A stretch of DNA of 48,606 nucleotides from Myxococcota bacterium (GTDB taxonomy: Bacteria; Myxococcota_A; UBA796; GCA-2862545): NCBI GenBank assembly GCA_039208735.1, contig JBCCQY010000056.1:1-48606 (forward strand). Direction: 5' to 3'. Shown here one piece after another: positions 19,850 to 29,176 of the stretch. How positions within the stretch are numbered: position 1 is the first letter of the stretch; each line of letters starts with the position of its first letter. The notes under the pieces are model-generated. The model was not told where the DNA came from. It was given only the letters and a program-made list of their open reading frames with translations, and made no database searches. The position numbers were made by a program, and so were the translations under genes.

Positions 19850-21061
19850 GTGTTCGCCTGGTGGGCCGCCTGGACGGCCAGTGTTGCGTGGTCGGATGAA
19901 CCCTTGCCAACCTGTTCATTTCCCGATGATGAGGATGCGGTCTACGTTCTGACGGTTCAGCCGCTCGATGATGTCATTCGGCTGTTTGGCCATACTGCAT
20001 TGCTGTTTTGGGAGCCGAAGCGGGGGAAGCGGTCGGCGGTCTACGACTACGGGCGTTTTCGTTTGGAGGGGTCACCGCTTGACATCGTCAGGGACTACCT
20101 CACGATGCAGCAAGTGTACTTTTTGGGGGGCAATCCGCTTTCGCGCTCTCAAGCGCGCTACGGCGGCCAAGAGCGTGGGGTGATTGCCCAACGTCTCGAT
20201 CTTTCTGCGGAGGAAGCGCGGGCGCTGGAGTTGTCGATCATCGAGCAGCTTGCGGAGCCTGAGTTTCGCTACAACTGGTACGACCAGAACTGTTCCACCA
20301 AGGTTCGCGACCGCATCGACGAAGCGGTGGGGGGGGCGCTAAGGGCCGCGATGTCCGAACCGAGCGGCACCTCCCCGGCCGCCGAAGTGCTTCGCCACTC
20401 CGCCAACCATCCGCTGTGGTTGGGTCTCGAATGGGGCTCGACGCGGTTTGCTCGTTCAGAGATTACGGATTGGGATGCGATGTTCCTCCCCGAACCGATG
20501 ATGCATCGCCTCGAGGCTGCCCGGCGGGCCGATGGGCGGCCCCTCGTTGCGGAGACCTGTCAGTGGTTGCCGGCAGGCCAGCCTCCGATTCCGGTGGCCC
20601 CCCCACGGCGGGCGGGTGGACTGACGTTGGTGGGGCTTGGGTTGGCTGGAGTCCTGGGAGGGCTTCGCCGAAGCTCCGCCTTGGCAGGAGCGATGGGTTT
20701 TGGCACGTTCGCCTTCGTCTTGGCGCTGTGGGGAACCGCCGCGCTGATCGTCGGGTTGGCGGGGACATTCGCCCCGTTCTGGGGGAACGACAACCAGGCC
20801 TTTGCAAGTCCGCTCTGGGCGTTGGGAGGGTTGGCCGCGTTCGGCGCATTCCGTAACCCCGAGGCGCGATGGCCCGGGGTCATCGTCGTCGGGTTGCTCG
20901 GCGTCGCAGGGCTTGGGTTTGTCGGCAGTCTTGCGTTTGGCTTTGCCGCCGGAAACCTTGGTCTGGCGGGCCTACTCCTCCCTCCGATGGCCGTGTTCGC
21001 TTGGTTTGTCAGCGCTCCATGGCGGCTTGAAGCTGCTTCGCGATCTTCCGCAGGTCGTTGA
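19850..21061 (+). CDS. DUF4105 (Lnb-like) domain protein with C-terminal TM helices
   Basis: VLTV.P, FGHTAL, YDYG.F, FRYNWYDQNCSTKVRD, MFLP, then 4 TM segments; GTG after GGAGG. Confidence 0.8.
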   Translation: MFAWWAAWTASVAWSDEPLPTCSFPDDEDAVYVLTVQPLDDVIRLFGHTALLFWEPKRGKRSAVYDYGRFRLEGSPLDIVRDYLTMQQVYFLGGNPLSRSQARYGGQERGVIAQRLDLSAEEARALELSIIEQLAEPEFRYNWYDQNCSTKVRDRIDEAVGGALRAAMSEPSGTSPAAEVLRHSANHPLWLGLEWGSTRFARSEITDWDAMFLPEPMMHRLEAARRADGRPLVAETCQWLPAGQPPIPVAPPRRAGGLTLVGLGLAGVLGGLRRSSALAGAMGFGTFAFVLALWGTAALIVGLAGTFAPFWGNDNQAFASPLWALGGLAAFGAFRNPEARWPGVIVVGLLGVAGLGFVGSLAFGFAAGNLGLAGLLLPPMAVFAWFVSAPWRLEAASRSSAGR

Positions 21062-21578
21062 GCTGGCCGATCCGGTCCTGGCTCACCTCGATCGTGGTGG
21101 CGGTCAGGGTCTTCTGGACCTCTGCCACGGCGTGTGGATTGGCCGCGCCAAGCGCCTCACGAGCGTGACGCATCAGTTCATCGGCGCTGCCAAAGTTGCT
21201 CTTGTCGAGTTCCTGCATGGCGCGCACGACGGAGGTGTGGGCGGCATAAATCGCCTGTTTGCGATGGAGCTGTTCGAGTTCAGCTTGAACGGTGGCGGTG
21301 CGCTGCTTCGCTTCGGCGAGTTGCGCCTCGAACTGGGTTTGGGCGGCCGCCGGGCGAGCCCGCTCTTGCGCTGCGTCGTAGGCCGAGGTGGTCGCATAAG
21401 TAAGGGCGCCGGTCACGAGGGCGGCCATGAACGCCACCGCCACAAAGGCAACCGGGCTCCACGCAACGGCGTTGGCTTGAGGCGGCTCGCTCGGTTCAGC
21501 GGGTTCGGGCGCTTCCCCCTCGTCAACGGGGTCAGGGGCGGGCGCTTCTTCCACCTTTTCGTCGGGTTCTTCGGCCAT
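21009..21578 (-). CDS. Hypothetical single-pass membrane coiled-coil protein
   Basis: Acidic Pro-rich N-terminus, one TM segment, coiled coil; GGAG SD. Confidence 0.7.
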   Translation of the reverse strand: MAEEPDEKVEEAPAPDPVDEGEAPEPAEPSEPPQANAVAWSPVAFVAVAFMAALVTGALTYATTSAYDAAQERARPAAAQTQFEAQLAEAKQRTATVQAELEQLHRKQAIYAAHTSVVRAMQELDKSNFGSADELMRHAREALGAANPHAVAEVQKTLTATTIEVSQDRIGQLNDLRKIAKQLQAAMER

Positions 21579-21637
21579 CACGACTCCATCTCGCCGGCAA
21601 ACCGTGATCGGCCAAGGCATCCTCGCGCTCCACTCGT

Positions 21638-22042
21638 CTACCGAACGCGGAGGCCGCTCGTCGATGCGCCAAGCAACAAGCCCATGGCCAGCATAAGGCC
21701 GGGGGCGAGCACCGGGTTGCCGCCAAAGAACGCTTCACTCCACACGGTGAAGGCGTCGGCGGTGGGACGAATCTCTTGCTCGAAGATGGCATTGTGTTCG
21801 AGGTGTTCCCACACCCCGAATGTGGCGCCAAGCAGGACCAGGCCCATCCCGATGCGTCGGCCTCGAACGTGAGCGTTGGGTGACGCAATGCCCAGTCCGG
21901 CGAGCACGATGGTGAGCCCCGCCAGTACGAAAGGGACCGCCTGGACGGGGCTCTCGTAGTGGCCCTCGACGGCAAGTTCGAGGGCGGTGCCCACGGCGAG
22001 AAACGCTGCGATGGCGAGCATCCATCGACGGAGCTGGTCCAC
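21638..22042 (-). CDS. Hypothetical 4-TM membrane protein
   Basis: GTG 2 nt after upstream stop; TM segments with ELAVEGH, GVWEH..HN, PVLAPG motifs. Confidence 0.75.
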   Translation of the reverse strand: MDQLRRWMLAIAAFLAVGTALELAVEGHYESPVQAVPFVLAGLTIVLAGLGIASPNAHVRGRRIGMGLVLLGATFGVWEHLEHNAIFEQEIRPTADAFTVWSEAFFGGNPVLAPGLMLAMGLLLGASTSGLRVR

Positions 22043-22044
22043 GA

Positions 22045-22542
22045 TTAGAAGCCTGTCACCATCGAGATGGCCTGCTTGACGGACTCGGGGGCCACGTGAG
22101 GGCTCAGCGCCGTATCGAATGCGCCAAGGTCCGCGTAGGGGCGGCCGGCAACCAGGGTCTTCGCGCCTTCTTCGCTCAACCCGTCGATCTGCATGAACGT
22201 CGCTTCGTCGCACTTGTTCGGGTCGATCGGCACGTAGACGAATGCTTCAAACGCGGTGACCGCCTCGGCGTCGATGTACTTGCCGATCTCTTTGCGGAAC
22301 TGCTGGATGCTGACGTACGGCCGGTACTCTTCGAACTCATGGACGAGCTTGGCGGTGATGCCGGGAATTGCCTTGAGTTCGTCTTCGGTGGCCTCATTGA
22401 GGTTCACCCGAGCCATCTGGGCTGGTGCCGCTTCGGGAGCTGCAGCAGGCGCTTCGGGGGCCTTTTCGACCACTGCCGCCGGTTCGGCTGGCTTTTCGGG
22501 CTCCTCGGGCGTCTCACACGCCAGTAACGCCATCCAGATCAT
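22045..22542 (-). CDS. Lipoprotein with two ComEA-like helix-hairpin-helix domains
   Basis: LLAC lipobox; RVNLNEAT..ELKAIPGI..RPY and IDPNKC..FMQIDGL..RPY. Confidence 0.8.
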   Translation of the reverse strand: MIWMALLACETPEEPEKPAEPAAVVEKAPEAPAAAPEAAPAQMARVNLNEATEDELKAIPGITAKLVHEFEEYRPYVSIQQFRKEIGKYIDAEAVTAFEAFVYVPIDPNKCDEATFMQIDGLSEEGAKTLVAGRPYADLGAFDTALSPHVAPESVKQAISMVTGF

Positions 22543-22561
22543 CGCACCCTCCCGAACCCGT

Positions 22562-24058
22562 TCAGCGGGCCCGGGACCCCGTAACACCTGCCTCCGAGGC
22601 GCCCCATGCAGGGGTCGGAACGGTCGGACGCACGCGTACACTACTTCCCGTCGCCGCTCCTGCGATGCGAGCCCCGGATACGAAGGCCGAAAGGGTCGAT
22701 TGCCCCAACAGCACGCTGTCCCCGACGAGATGGAGGCCGCGCGCCGGAGGGGCGAGCCACAGTTCGCGATAGCTCATCAGGCCGGTGCGCCGCGGAATGC
22801 CGCCCACGTACCCTCGATCGCGCGCCGTGAATCGGGCGAAGGTGCGAGGAGAGGCCGTCATGCAGGCTCGGTGGGCTGCCCAGACTTCGGGAGCCCGTCG
22901 CTCGACGGTCTGCGTCATCTGTCGTTGGACGCGTTCGACGACGCTGCGGGTCGCGTGAGCTGGCAAGTGAGTGGACACCACCACGGTTCGTCGGCCCTCG
23001 GCCCCGCGATCTTCGCCGACCGCCGACACCGAGCAGAACACGTGGTTTCCTTCGTGGTAGGGCCGTGTCGGATCGTCGACCAGGTTCATGTGGAAGGCGT
23101 GGTCGGGCAAATCATCGTGAGGCTCGATCTGGAGGTAGAGCATCGCGGCGCCATAGCCGCCCTCAATGCGCTTCGCGAGTCGATCGACCCGGACCGCTCC
23201 GTCGGTGAGCGTAGGCAGGCTCTGGGGCAGGACGTTGGCGAACACCATGGGGGCTCGCCACGGGCCGCGCCGCGTGTCCACCACCCAGTCGCCTCCTTCA
23301 CGGCGCAAGCCCTTGACCCGATTGCCGAAGGTTACGGTTCCTCCTGCCTGACGAATCGCATGGACCATGCCCCACGCGAGGGCCCCCATCCCCCCTCGCA
23401 CATGATGTGCAGAGCGCAGCAGGGCATCGATGGCCGCGATGGCGAAGGGCGCCTCTGCATCATCAACGCCGGTCTGGACCGAGACCCAGCACAGGGGTTC
23501 CAGCCAGTGTCGGTACGCGTCGGTGTTGAGGCCATACCGCCGCAGTCGCTGGGCCAACGAGCGTCCAACCACGGGCAATAGAGGCAGGTAGCCAGGAATT
23601 CGCTGCCCATGCGACCATAGGTTGGACAGGGAGAGCGGGGGCAGGAGGTCGGGCTCTCGAAGGAGCGGCCGAAGGGCTCTCGACACCGTTTCCACTTCGC
23701 TGGCGAACCTAGGCGCTCCTCGTTCGCGAAGCACGCCCGCAAATCCGTCTTCATGGGCGGGCAAGGCGGTGGTGAACCGTCCGTCCCGCACCTCCACCAC
23801 GGGGTTGAGTGGAGCGTGTGCCACGTCGAGCCCGTAATCTTCGAGGATCTGCGAAAAGATGTCGCCGTGGTCAAGGCCCATGGCCAGCGTGGCGCCTGCC
23901 TCGTACTGCACACCGCGGTGCGTAAACGTCCCGCCACAGCCTCCCGGATAGGTCAGCCGCTCGCACACCACGACGCGGGCCCCGCTTTCCGCAAGCTGCA
24001 AAGCTGCCCCGAGTCCCCCGAACCCACTTCCGATGACCAGCGCGTCGACGTTGTCCAT
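22562..24058 (-). CDS. Phytoene desaturase family FAD oxidoreductase (CrtI/CrtD/CrtH-like)
   Basis: VIGSGFGG, ER...PGG...TF, YEAGAT, GGMG.L, ASPRTF.RFT, LHLVGDS..GQ. Confidence 0.85.
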   Translation of the reverse strand: MDNVDALVIGSGFGGLGAALQLAESGARVVVCERLTYPGGCGGTFTHRGVQYEAGATLAMGLDHGDIFSQILEDYGLDVAHAPLNPVVEVRDGRFTTALPAHEDGFAGVLRERGAPRFASEVETVSRALRPLLREPDLLPPLSLSNLWSHGQRIPGYLPLLPVVGRSLAQRLRRYGLNTDAYRHWLEPLCWVSVQTGVDDAEAPFAIAAIDALLRSAHHVRGGMGALAWGMVHAIRQAGGTVTFGNRVKGLRREGGDWVVDTRRGPWRAPMVFANVLPQSLPTLTDGAVRVDRLAKRIEGGYGAAMLYLQIEPHDDLPDHAFHMNLVDDPTRPYHEGNHVFCSVSAVGEDRGAEGRRTVVVSTHLPAHATRSVVERVQRQMTQTVERRAPEVWAAHRACMTASPRTFARFTARDRGYVGGIPRRTGLMSYRELWLAPPARGLHLVGDSVLLGQSTLSAFVSGARIAGAATGSSVRVRPTVPTPAWGASEAGVTGSRAR

Positions 24059-24092
24059 GCGGATGCCGTATCTCTCGAACGTCGACGAGGGG

Positions 24093-24791
24093 TCAGGGAG
24101 CGCGAGACGCGAGCCACTCTGGAATGGGCGTGTGGCGGGCGAACGCCTTTCTACGGGCTTCGACGTACTCCGCCATTCGAGTCATTTGCTCGGTAAATGC
24201 TGGGCTTCGGCGCCGATCGAACTCCACGCCGTAACGAACCGTCTCGCGTGTCACCCGTGTACGATGTCGCACCTGGCCATTGAGGACCAGGGGCCAGGAG
24301 TCTCCTGGCAGCAAGATTTGGAACTCGGCCTGGGTGAACGGCGTGGTGGGCTCGTGTCCCGCCTTCATTTCGATGAGCAGCCCACCAACCGAGACGTCGA
24401 CGACCGACGCCGCGATGGGCTCCGCGGAATCGGCGCGGTCCGAGGTCAACCAAACCTCGATGGCCTCGCTACCTCCCGGACTCACTCGAATCGCCGAGCG
24501 CCGGTCGCCTTCGGGAGGAGGATGTTCGCCGAGCGCATGGGGGTTGGCAAAGAACAGATCGCAGACCTGAGTGCTCCCTTCGATGGTGGGCCAGCCCGTG
24601 AACGCTGGCAGGATGATGGCGTGGCCGTGTTGGCGGTTCGTCATCCAAAGGTCCACCGCAGCTTGTTCGGGCAGCGCGTCCTCAACCGGCACGCGAACCC
24701 GGGCGTGGTGATCGTCCATGGCTTCAAGTTCGCACGGTACTGGCGTGCGGTGCCGGGGGCCGACCTCGACGTCGAGTGTGGGCTGCGTCAT
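24093..24791 (-). CDS. PilZ-domain c-di-GMP-binding protein
   Basis: RRSAIR (RxxxR) and DVSVGG (DxSxxG), C-terminal YGVEF. Confidence 0.85.
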   Translation of the reverse strand: MTQPTLDVEVGPRHRTPVPCELEAMDDHHARVRVPVEDALPEQAAVDLWMTNRQHGHAIILPAFTGWPTIEGSTQVCDLFFANPHALGEHPPPEGDRRSAIRVSPGGSEAIEVWLTSDRADSAEPIAASVVDVSVGGLLIEMKAGHEPTTPFTQAEFQILLPGDSWPLVLNGQVRHRTRVTRETVRYGVEFDRRRSPAFTEQMTRMAEYVEARRKAFARHTPIPEWLASRAP

Positions 24792-24872
24792 ACGTTCCTT
24801 CCCGATTCGGCCATTTTGGCAAGCGGCCTGCGGGCGCCTTCGGATCTTCTTCGCGGCCATTCCAGGCGAAAC

Positions 24873-26741
24873 TCAGCTCGCGCGGGCTTCGAGTTCTTCC
24901 CAGCGGGCGTAGTGGCCCTCGAGTTCGCCCTGGAGTTCTTCCAAGCGCGACGTCCATGCGCCGACTTCATCGGCGTGGTCGCGGTACGTGGCGGGGTCTG
25001 ACAAACGGCTCTCGAGCGCTTCGATTTGGCTTTCCGTGTCCTCGATCTGCCGGGGCAACGACTCCAGTTCCTTTTGTTCCTTGAAGGAAAGTCGTTTGCT
25101 TTCGGTACGCGGCCTCGATGGAAGAGCCTCGGTCAACACCGGTTGGGACGTGGCCTGCGCGGCTTCGGCGGCCCGTGCGAGACGGGCTCTCTGAGCCGTG
25201 ACGAGCTGGGAGCGGTCGGCATAGATTTGCACGTGACCTTCGCCTTCGAACCCGAGCACTTCGGTGGCGACGCGATCGACGAACGCACGGTCGTGGGTCA
25301 CCACCAACACGCCGCCGTCGAAGCCCAGCAACGCCTCTTCAAGGGTGCGAAGGGTCAACAGATCGAGATCGTTGGTCGGCTCATCGAGCACGAGCAGGTT
25401 GGCGCCGGACAGCATGAGGCGCGCAAGCAACAGACGGGCGCGTTCGCCCCCGGACAGGGCTGCGACCTTCTGTTCGAACATCGACCGGTCGAATGCAAAT
25501 CGTTCGAGGAAGGAGGCGACGTGAATCGTCTGCTCGCCAATGTCGAGGTGTTCTCGGCCGTCGCCGGCCGCCCAGAGGACCGTGTCGTCGTCGACGAGCC
25601 CCGACCGTGCCTGATCGAGAAGCCCCACCTTGAGTCGGCCGCTCCGGAGTACCTCGCCGCGATCCGGCGTTTCGAGACCCAGGAGTACCTTGAGGAGCGT
25701 GGATTTGCCGGCTCCGTTGGGCCCGAGGATGGCCCAGCGGTCGCCCGGCCGAACGGTGAAGTCCAGGTCGGCAAACAGGGGCTTGTCGGGAAAGGCTTTC
25801 GTCAATCCATGCACTTCGAGCAGGGTGCTTCCCTTGGCCACCCCGGTTTCAAAGGCGAACGAGTAGCTGCGTTTCGCGAGAACGGGCACCGAGGCCTTCA
25901 GATTGTCGAGCCGATCGAGCCGGGCTTTCTGCTTGGTGGTTCGCGCTGAGGGGGACCGAGCGGCCCAAGCGGCCTCACGCGCGATGAGCGAGAGTTGCCG
26001 CTCACGGGCTTGTTCAAGACGGGCGTGTCGCTCGGCCCGTTGCACGAGATAGTCGCCGTAGGACCCTTGGTACGAAACGGCGACGCCCTGATCGATCTCG
26101 ACGATGCGTTCGGCGGACGCCTCGAGCAGGTAGCGATCGTGGGTCACGAGTACGACGGCACCCCGAAACCCCGCGATCCAGGACTCCAACCACTCCGCGA
26201 CGTCGGGATCGAGGTGGTTCGTGGGCTCATCGAGCAGCAGGATGTCCGGTTGCTGGAGGAGCACCGAAGCCAGCGCTACGCGGCGACGCTCTCCCCCGGA
26301 AAGCGGGGCCACCGCACGGTCTTGCGTGGGAGCCCGCACACGGTCGAGCACGGCATCGATGCGATGGTCGATCTCCCAGCCGACGGTGTCGAGCTGGGAT
26401 TGCAGGGGCTCGGCCTCTTCGAGTCGACCATCGGCCACGAGTCGCTCGTAGTTTTCGCGGAGTGCGGTGTGCCAAGCCACGCTTTGCCGCATCACATCGG
26501 CGACCCGCTCCCCTTCGAAGTGGGGATCTTGGTCGAGGAGCGCCATGCGGCCCTTCACGTGCACCGTGCCGTGGTCGGACTCCATCCGGCCGGTGAGCAT
26601 CTTCAACAAGGTGGACTTACCGCCTCCGTTGACACCGACGAGCCCAATGTGCTCGCCTGCGTCCACGCGCAGGTCGACGCCTTTGAGGATGCGACGGGGT
26701 CCGAAGGACTTGTGGACGTCAGAAGCGAGGAGCACGGCCAT
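24873..26741 (-). CDS. uup: ABC-F family ATPase (Uup-like)
   Basis: Two ABC domains (GVNGGGKST, LSGGE, LDEPTN, THDR twice), ARTTKQKAR linker, C-terminal KRLSFKEQKELE coiled coil. Confidence 0.88.
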   Translation of the reverse strand: MAVLLASDVHKSFGPRRILKGVDLRVDAGEHIGLVGVNGGGKSTLLKMLTGRMESDHGTVHVKGRMALLDQDPHFEGERVADVMRQSVAWHTALRENYERLVADGRLEEAEPLQSQLDTVGWEIDHRIDAVLDRVRAPTQDRAVAPLSGGERRRVALASVLLQQPDILLLDEPTNHLDPDVAEWLESWIAGFRGAVVLVTHDRYLLEASAERIVEIDQGVAVSYQGSYGDYLVQRAERHARLEQARERQLSLIAREAAWAARSPSARTTKQKARLDRLDNLKASVPVLAKRSYSFAFETGVAKGSTLLEVHGLTKAFPDKPLFADLDFTVRPGDRWAILGPNGAGKSTLLKVLLGLETPDRGEVLRSGRLKVGLLDQARSGLVDDDTVLWAAGDGREHLDIGEQTIHVASFLERFAFDRSMFEQKVAALSGGERARLLLARLMLSGANLLVLDEPTNDLDLLTLRTLEEALLGFDGGVLVVTHDRAFVDRVATEVLGFEGEGHVQIYADRSQLVTAQRARLARAAEAAQATSQPVLTEALPSRPRTESKRLSFKEQKELESLPRQIEDTESQIEALESRLSDPATYRDHADEVGAWTSRLEELQGELEGHYARWEELEARAS

Positions 26742-26758
26742 GCGGCCCTCTATCGCCC

Positions 26759-27154
26759 CTACTCGAGAACGATCCGTTCGAGGTCGAATTCGTCGCACCC
26801 AGGCTCAAGCCACGCTTCCATCCCACCAAGGAGGAGACCGGAATAGGTCGCGAACCACCCGCTTTCGGAGCGCTCGACGGCGATGCTGCCAAGCTTGAAC
26901 GTCCCTTCCCGCAGGTAGACGACCCCAGGGCCTCCCGCGGCCCACGCCGTCTTGTACATGTATTGTTGGCTTGGAACCAACGCGAAGGCGTCACCGTCCT
27001 CCTGCAGGACGGCGCACGTCCCTTCGTACTCTTCCTTGTTGGTGTCGATGTTTTGCCACCACTCTCCGACGAGCAAGGTGTCTTCGGGCCCGTCAAAGAC
27101 GAGTTCCGGAGACACGCAGCTCGCCAACCCGAGGGCGAGGGTCGTGAGACGCAA
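26759..27154 (-). CDS. Hypothetical lipoprotein
   Basis: TTG after GGAG gives MRLTTLALGLASC lipobox; lipocalin-like LVGEW start of mature domain. Confidence 0.65.
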   Translation of the reverse strand: MRLTTLALGLASCVSPELVFDGPEDTLLVGEWWQNIDTNKEEYEGTCAVLQEDGDAFALVPSQQYMYKTAWAAGGPGVVYLREGTFKLGSIAVERSESGWFATYSGLLLGGMEAWLEPGCDEFDLERIVLE

Positions 27155-27319
27155 GACAGCTCCAGGCTGGATGTTGCCCTCGTCTCGGACCTTTGGGGTT
27201 GCACGAACAGACCTGGGGAGTTTCTGTCGACCGAAAACCAGACGTTCCAAGCCAACCGTGGCGGGTATGGGATACGTTGCTCGCGTGTATGCGCTGTTGT
27301 GGCGCCAATCGGAACTCGC

Positions 27320-28300
27320 ATGACCACGGCCAGGGCCCAAGCACAGCCCTTCGAAATCGATCCGGATGATGGCCCCTTCGATTGGGGCAGCTACGTGCGT
27401 TGGCTGGTCGGGACGCACGGTACGCTGTCGGCCGTGGCGATCCGGCTTGCCCAGTTGCGTGGGTTCGCCGAAGATGCACAGTCCATCGAGCGGGCCCTAC
27501 GGCGACTGCGGAGTCGGGGTCAACGCGATGGTGGCAGTTGGGGCCAACGCTGTGTGCGGGTGTTCGGCGTGCCCAAGTCCATCACCGAGCGGGTGCGATG
27601 GATGGGGCATTACCACAGCCGCTTCACCGATCTGCCCCGGTCTGTCTGTCTCGAGCTGTTGAGGCCCTGGCTGTTTCCGCCGGTGGCCGAGTCGCCCGCC
27701 CGCGCCTGGGTGCAGCTGGGCTTAGCGTCGGTGGCGCTGCGAGGGCGCTTCGTGGTCGAGGCCGACGAGCACCTTCGCCAAGCCGAGCCCGTCGCACGGG
27801 ATGCGGCCCGAGCCGAAGCGCTGCTCGTACGCGCGTTCATCGAGCATCGGCGGCGTCCCCAACGGGTGCCTCTGATCCTCGAAGAGGCCGAGTCCGAAAT
27901 CGCGGACCTGCCGGCTGGTGATGACCGAGCCTGCCTGTGGGCCCGCCTCATCGACCAGCGCGGCTACGAATTCAACGTCCGCCAGCGAGACCCTGCCCAG
28001 GCGCTCGCCCTGTACGAGAGCCTCCCCACGGTCGGCCCGCCCTTCGCGTTGGTTCGTCGCCACAACGGGATCGGGTGGAGTTCGTTGCAGCTTGGCGACC
28101 GCGATGCAGCGGTGGCCCATGCTCGTCGCTCGGTCGAGCAATCGGGCGACGCAGGCTCGTTGCGCCTGCGGGTCATGGCGCTCAACCTGCTCGCTCGGGC
28201 GCTCGACAACGACGAAGGACAGATGGCACGGGCTCGCGCGTTGGCGATTGCGTCACGGCTCGAGGACGAGGCCTTGCGGGTTCGGCTCGTTCGCGACTGA
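27320..28300 (+). CDS. Hypothetical protein, possible N-terminal HTH plus TPR-like helices
   Basis: Long ORF filling the gap; C-terminal TPR-like GIGWSSLQLGDRDAAVAHARRS; start uncertain. Confidence 0.7.
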   Translation: MTTARAQAQPFEIDPDDGPFDWGSYVRWLVGTHGTLSAVAIRLAQLRGFAEDAQSIERALRRLRSRGQRDGGSWGQRCVRVFGVPKSITERVRWMGHYHSRFTDLPRSVCLELLRPWLFPPVAESPARAWVQLGLASVALRGRFVVEADEHLRQAEPVARDAARAEALLVRAFIEHRRRPQRVPLILEEAESEIADLPAGDDRACLWARLIDQRGYEFNVRQRDPAQALALYESLPTVGPPFALVRRHNGIGWSSLQLGDRDAAVAHARRSVEQSGDAGSLRLRVMALNLLARALDNDEGQMARARALAIASRLEDEALRVRLVRD

Positions 28301-29176
28301 GGCTTTCAGCTCGTCGGCCGTCTGACGTGAGCCATCGTGGCTGTAGCCCGGCAACCCGAATGCGTACCGCAGGCGCTGGCCAAGGGTGAGGCCAGGTTGT
28401 ACGACATCACGGAAGAGGGCCACCCACTCGTGAAAGGCGATGCGAATCGGATTGAACGTGCCCAGGTTCTTGACGAGACCATACTGGCAGGGCTCAGCTT
28501 CATCCTCAGGAACGAAGGTTCCGAACATCCGATCCCAAATGATGAGCGCCCCTGCGTAGTTGGCGTCGAGGTACCGCGGATTGCGAGCGTGATGCACCCG
28601 ATGGTGGGACGGGGTGTTGAACACGAACTCGATGGGCCAGGGGAGCTTGCCGATGGCTTCGGTGTGCACCCAGAATTGCGCGACCGTGTTGAGTCCAGCT
28701 ACGAACAACAACATGGCGGGATCGAAGCCAACGAGGGCTAACGGCACCTTGAACAGGATGCTGCCGCCGAGCGAGCCCGTCCAACTCTGGCGAAGGGCGG
28801 TCGACAGGTTGTAGTGCTGGCTCGAGTGATGGTTGACGTGCTCCGCCCAAAACCACCGGACCCGATGCGCGGTGCGGTGGTAGACGTAGTAGCGCAGGTC
28901 GTCGATCACAAAGGCCACCACGAACGCGGTGAGGGTGAACGGAATGTCGAACCACGCGAACTGGTGGACAAACGTGAGCACCGAGACCGAGATGCCGCCA
29001 AAGAGGATGCCTTCGACCACCCGGCCCACACCCATGGAGAGGCTAGCGAGCGTGTCGCGCGTTTCATAGCGGATCTGACTGCGAAACCGCGAGGTGGCGA
29101 GTTCAAGGAGCATCGCCACAATGAAAAAGGGGATGGAGAGCTTGATGACGTCGGGGAGCGGCGCGTCAGGCATCAT
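28253..29176 (-). CDS. Sterol desaturase / fatty acid hydroxylase family protein
   Basis: His boxes HRTAH, HVNHHSS, FWVHTE, TPSHHRVHH; NYAG..IIWDRMFGTF. Confidence 0.92.
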   Translation of the reverse strand: MMPDAPLPDVIKLSIPFFIVAMLLELATSRFRSQIRYETRDTLASLSMGVGRVVEGILFGGISVSVLTFVHQFAWFDIPFTLTAFVVAFVIDDLRYYVYHRTAHRVRWFWAEHVNHHSSQHYNLSTALRQSWTGSLGGSILFKVPLALVGFDPAMLLFVAGLNTVAQFWVHTEAIGKLPWPIEFVFNTPSHHRVHHARNPRYLDANYAGALIIWDRMFGTFVPEDEAEPCQYGLVKNLGTFNPIRIAFHEWVALFRDVVQPGLTLGQRLRYAFGLPGYSHDGSRQTADELKASVANEPNPQGLVLEP

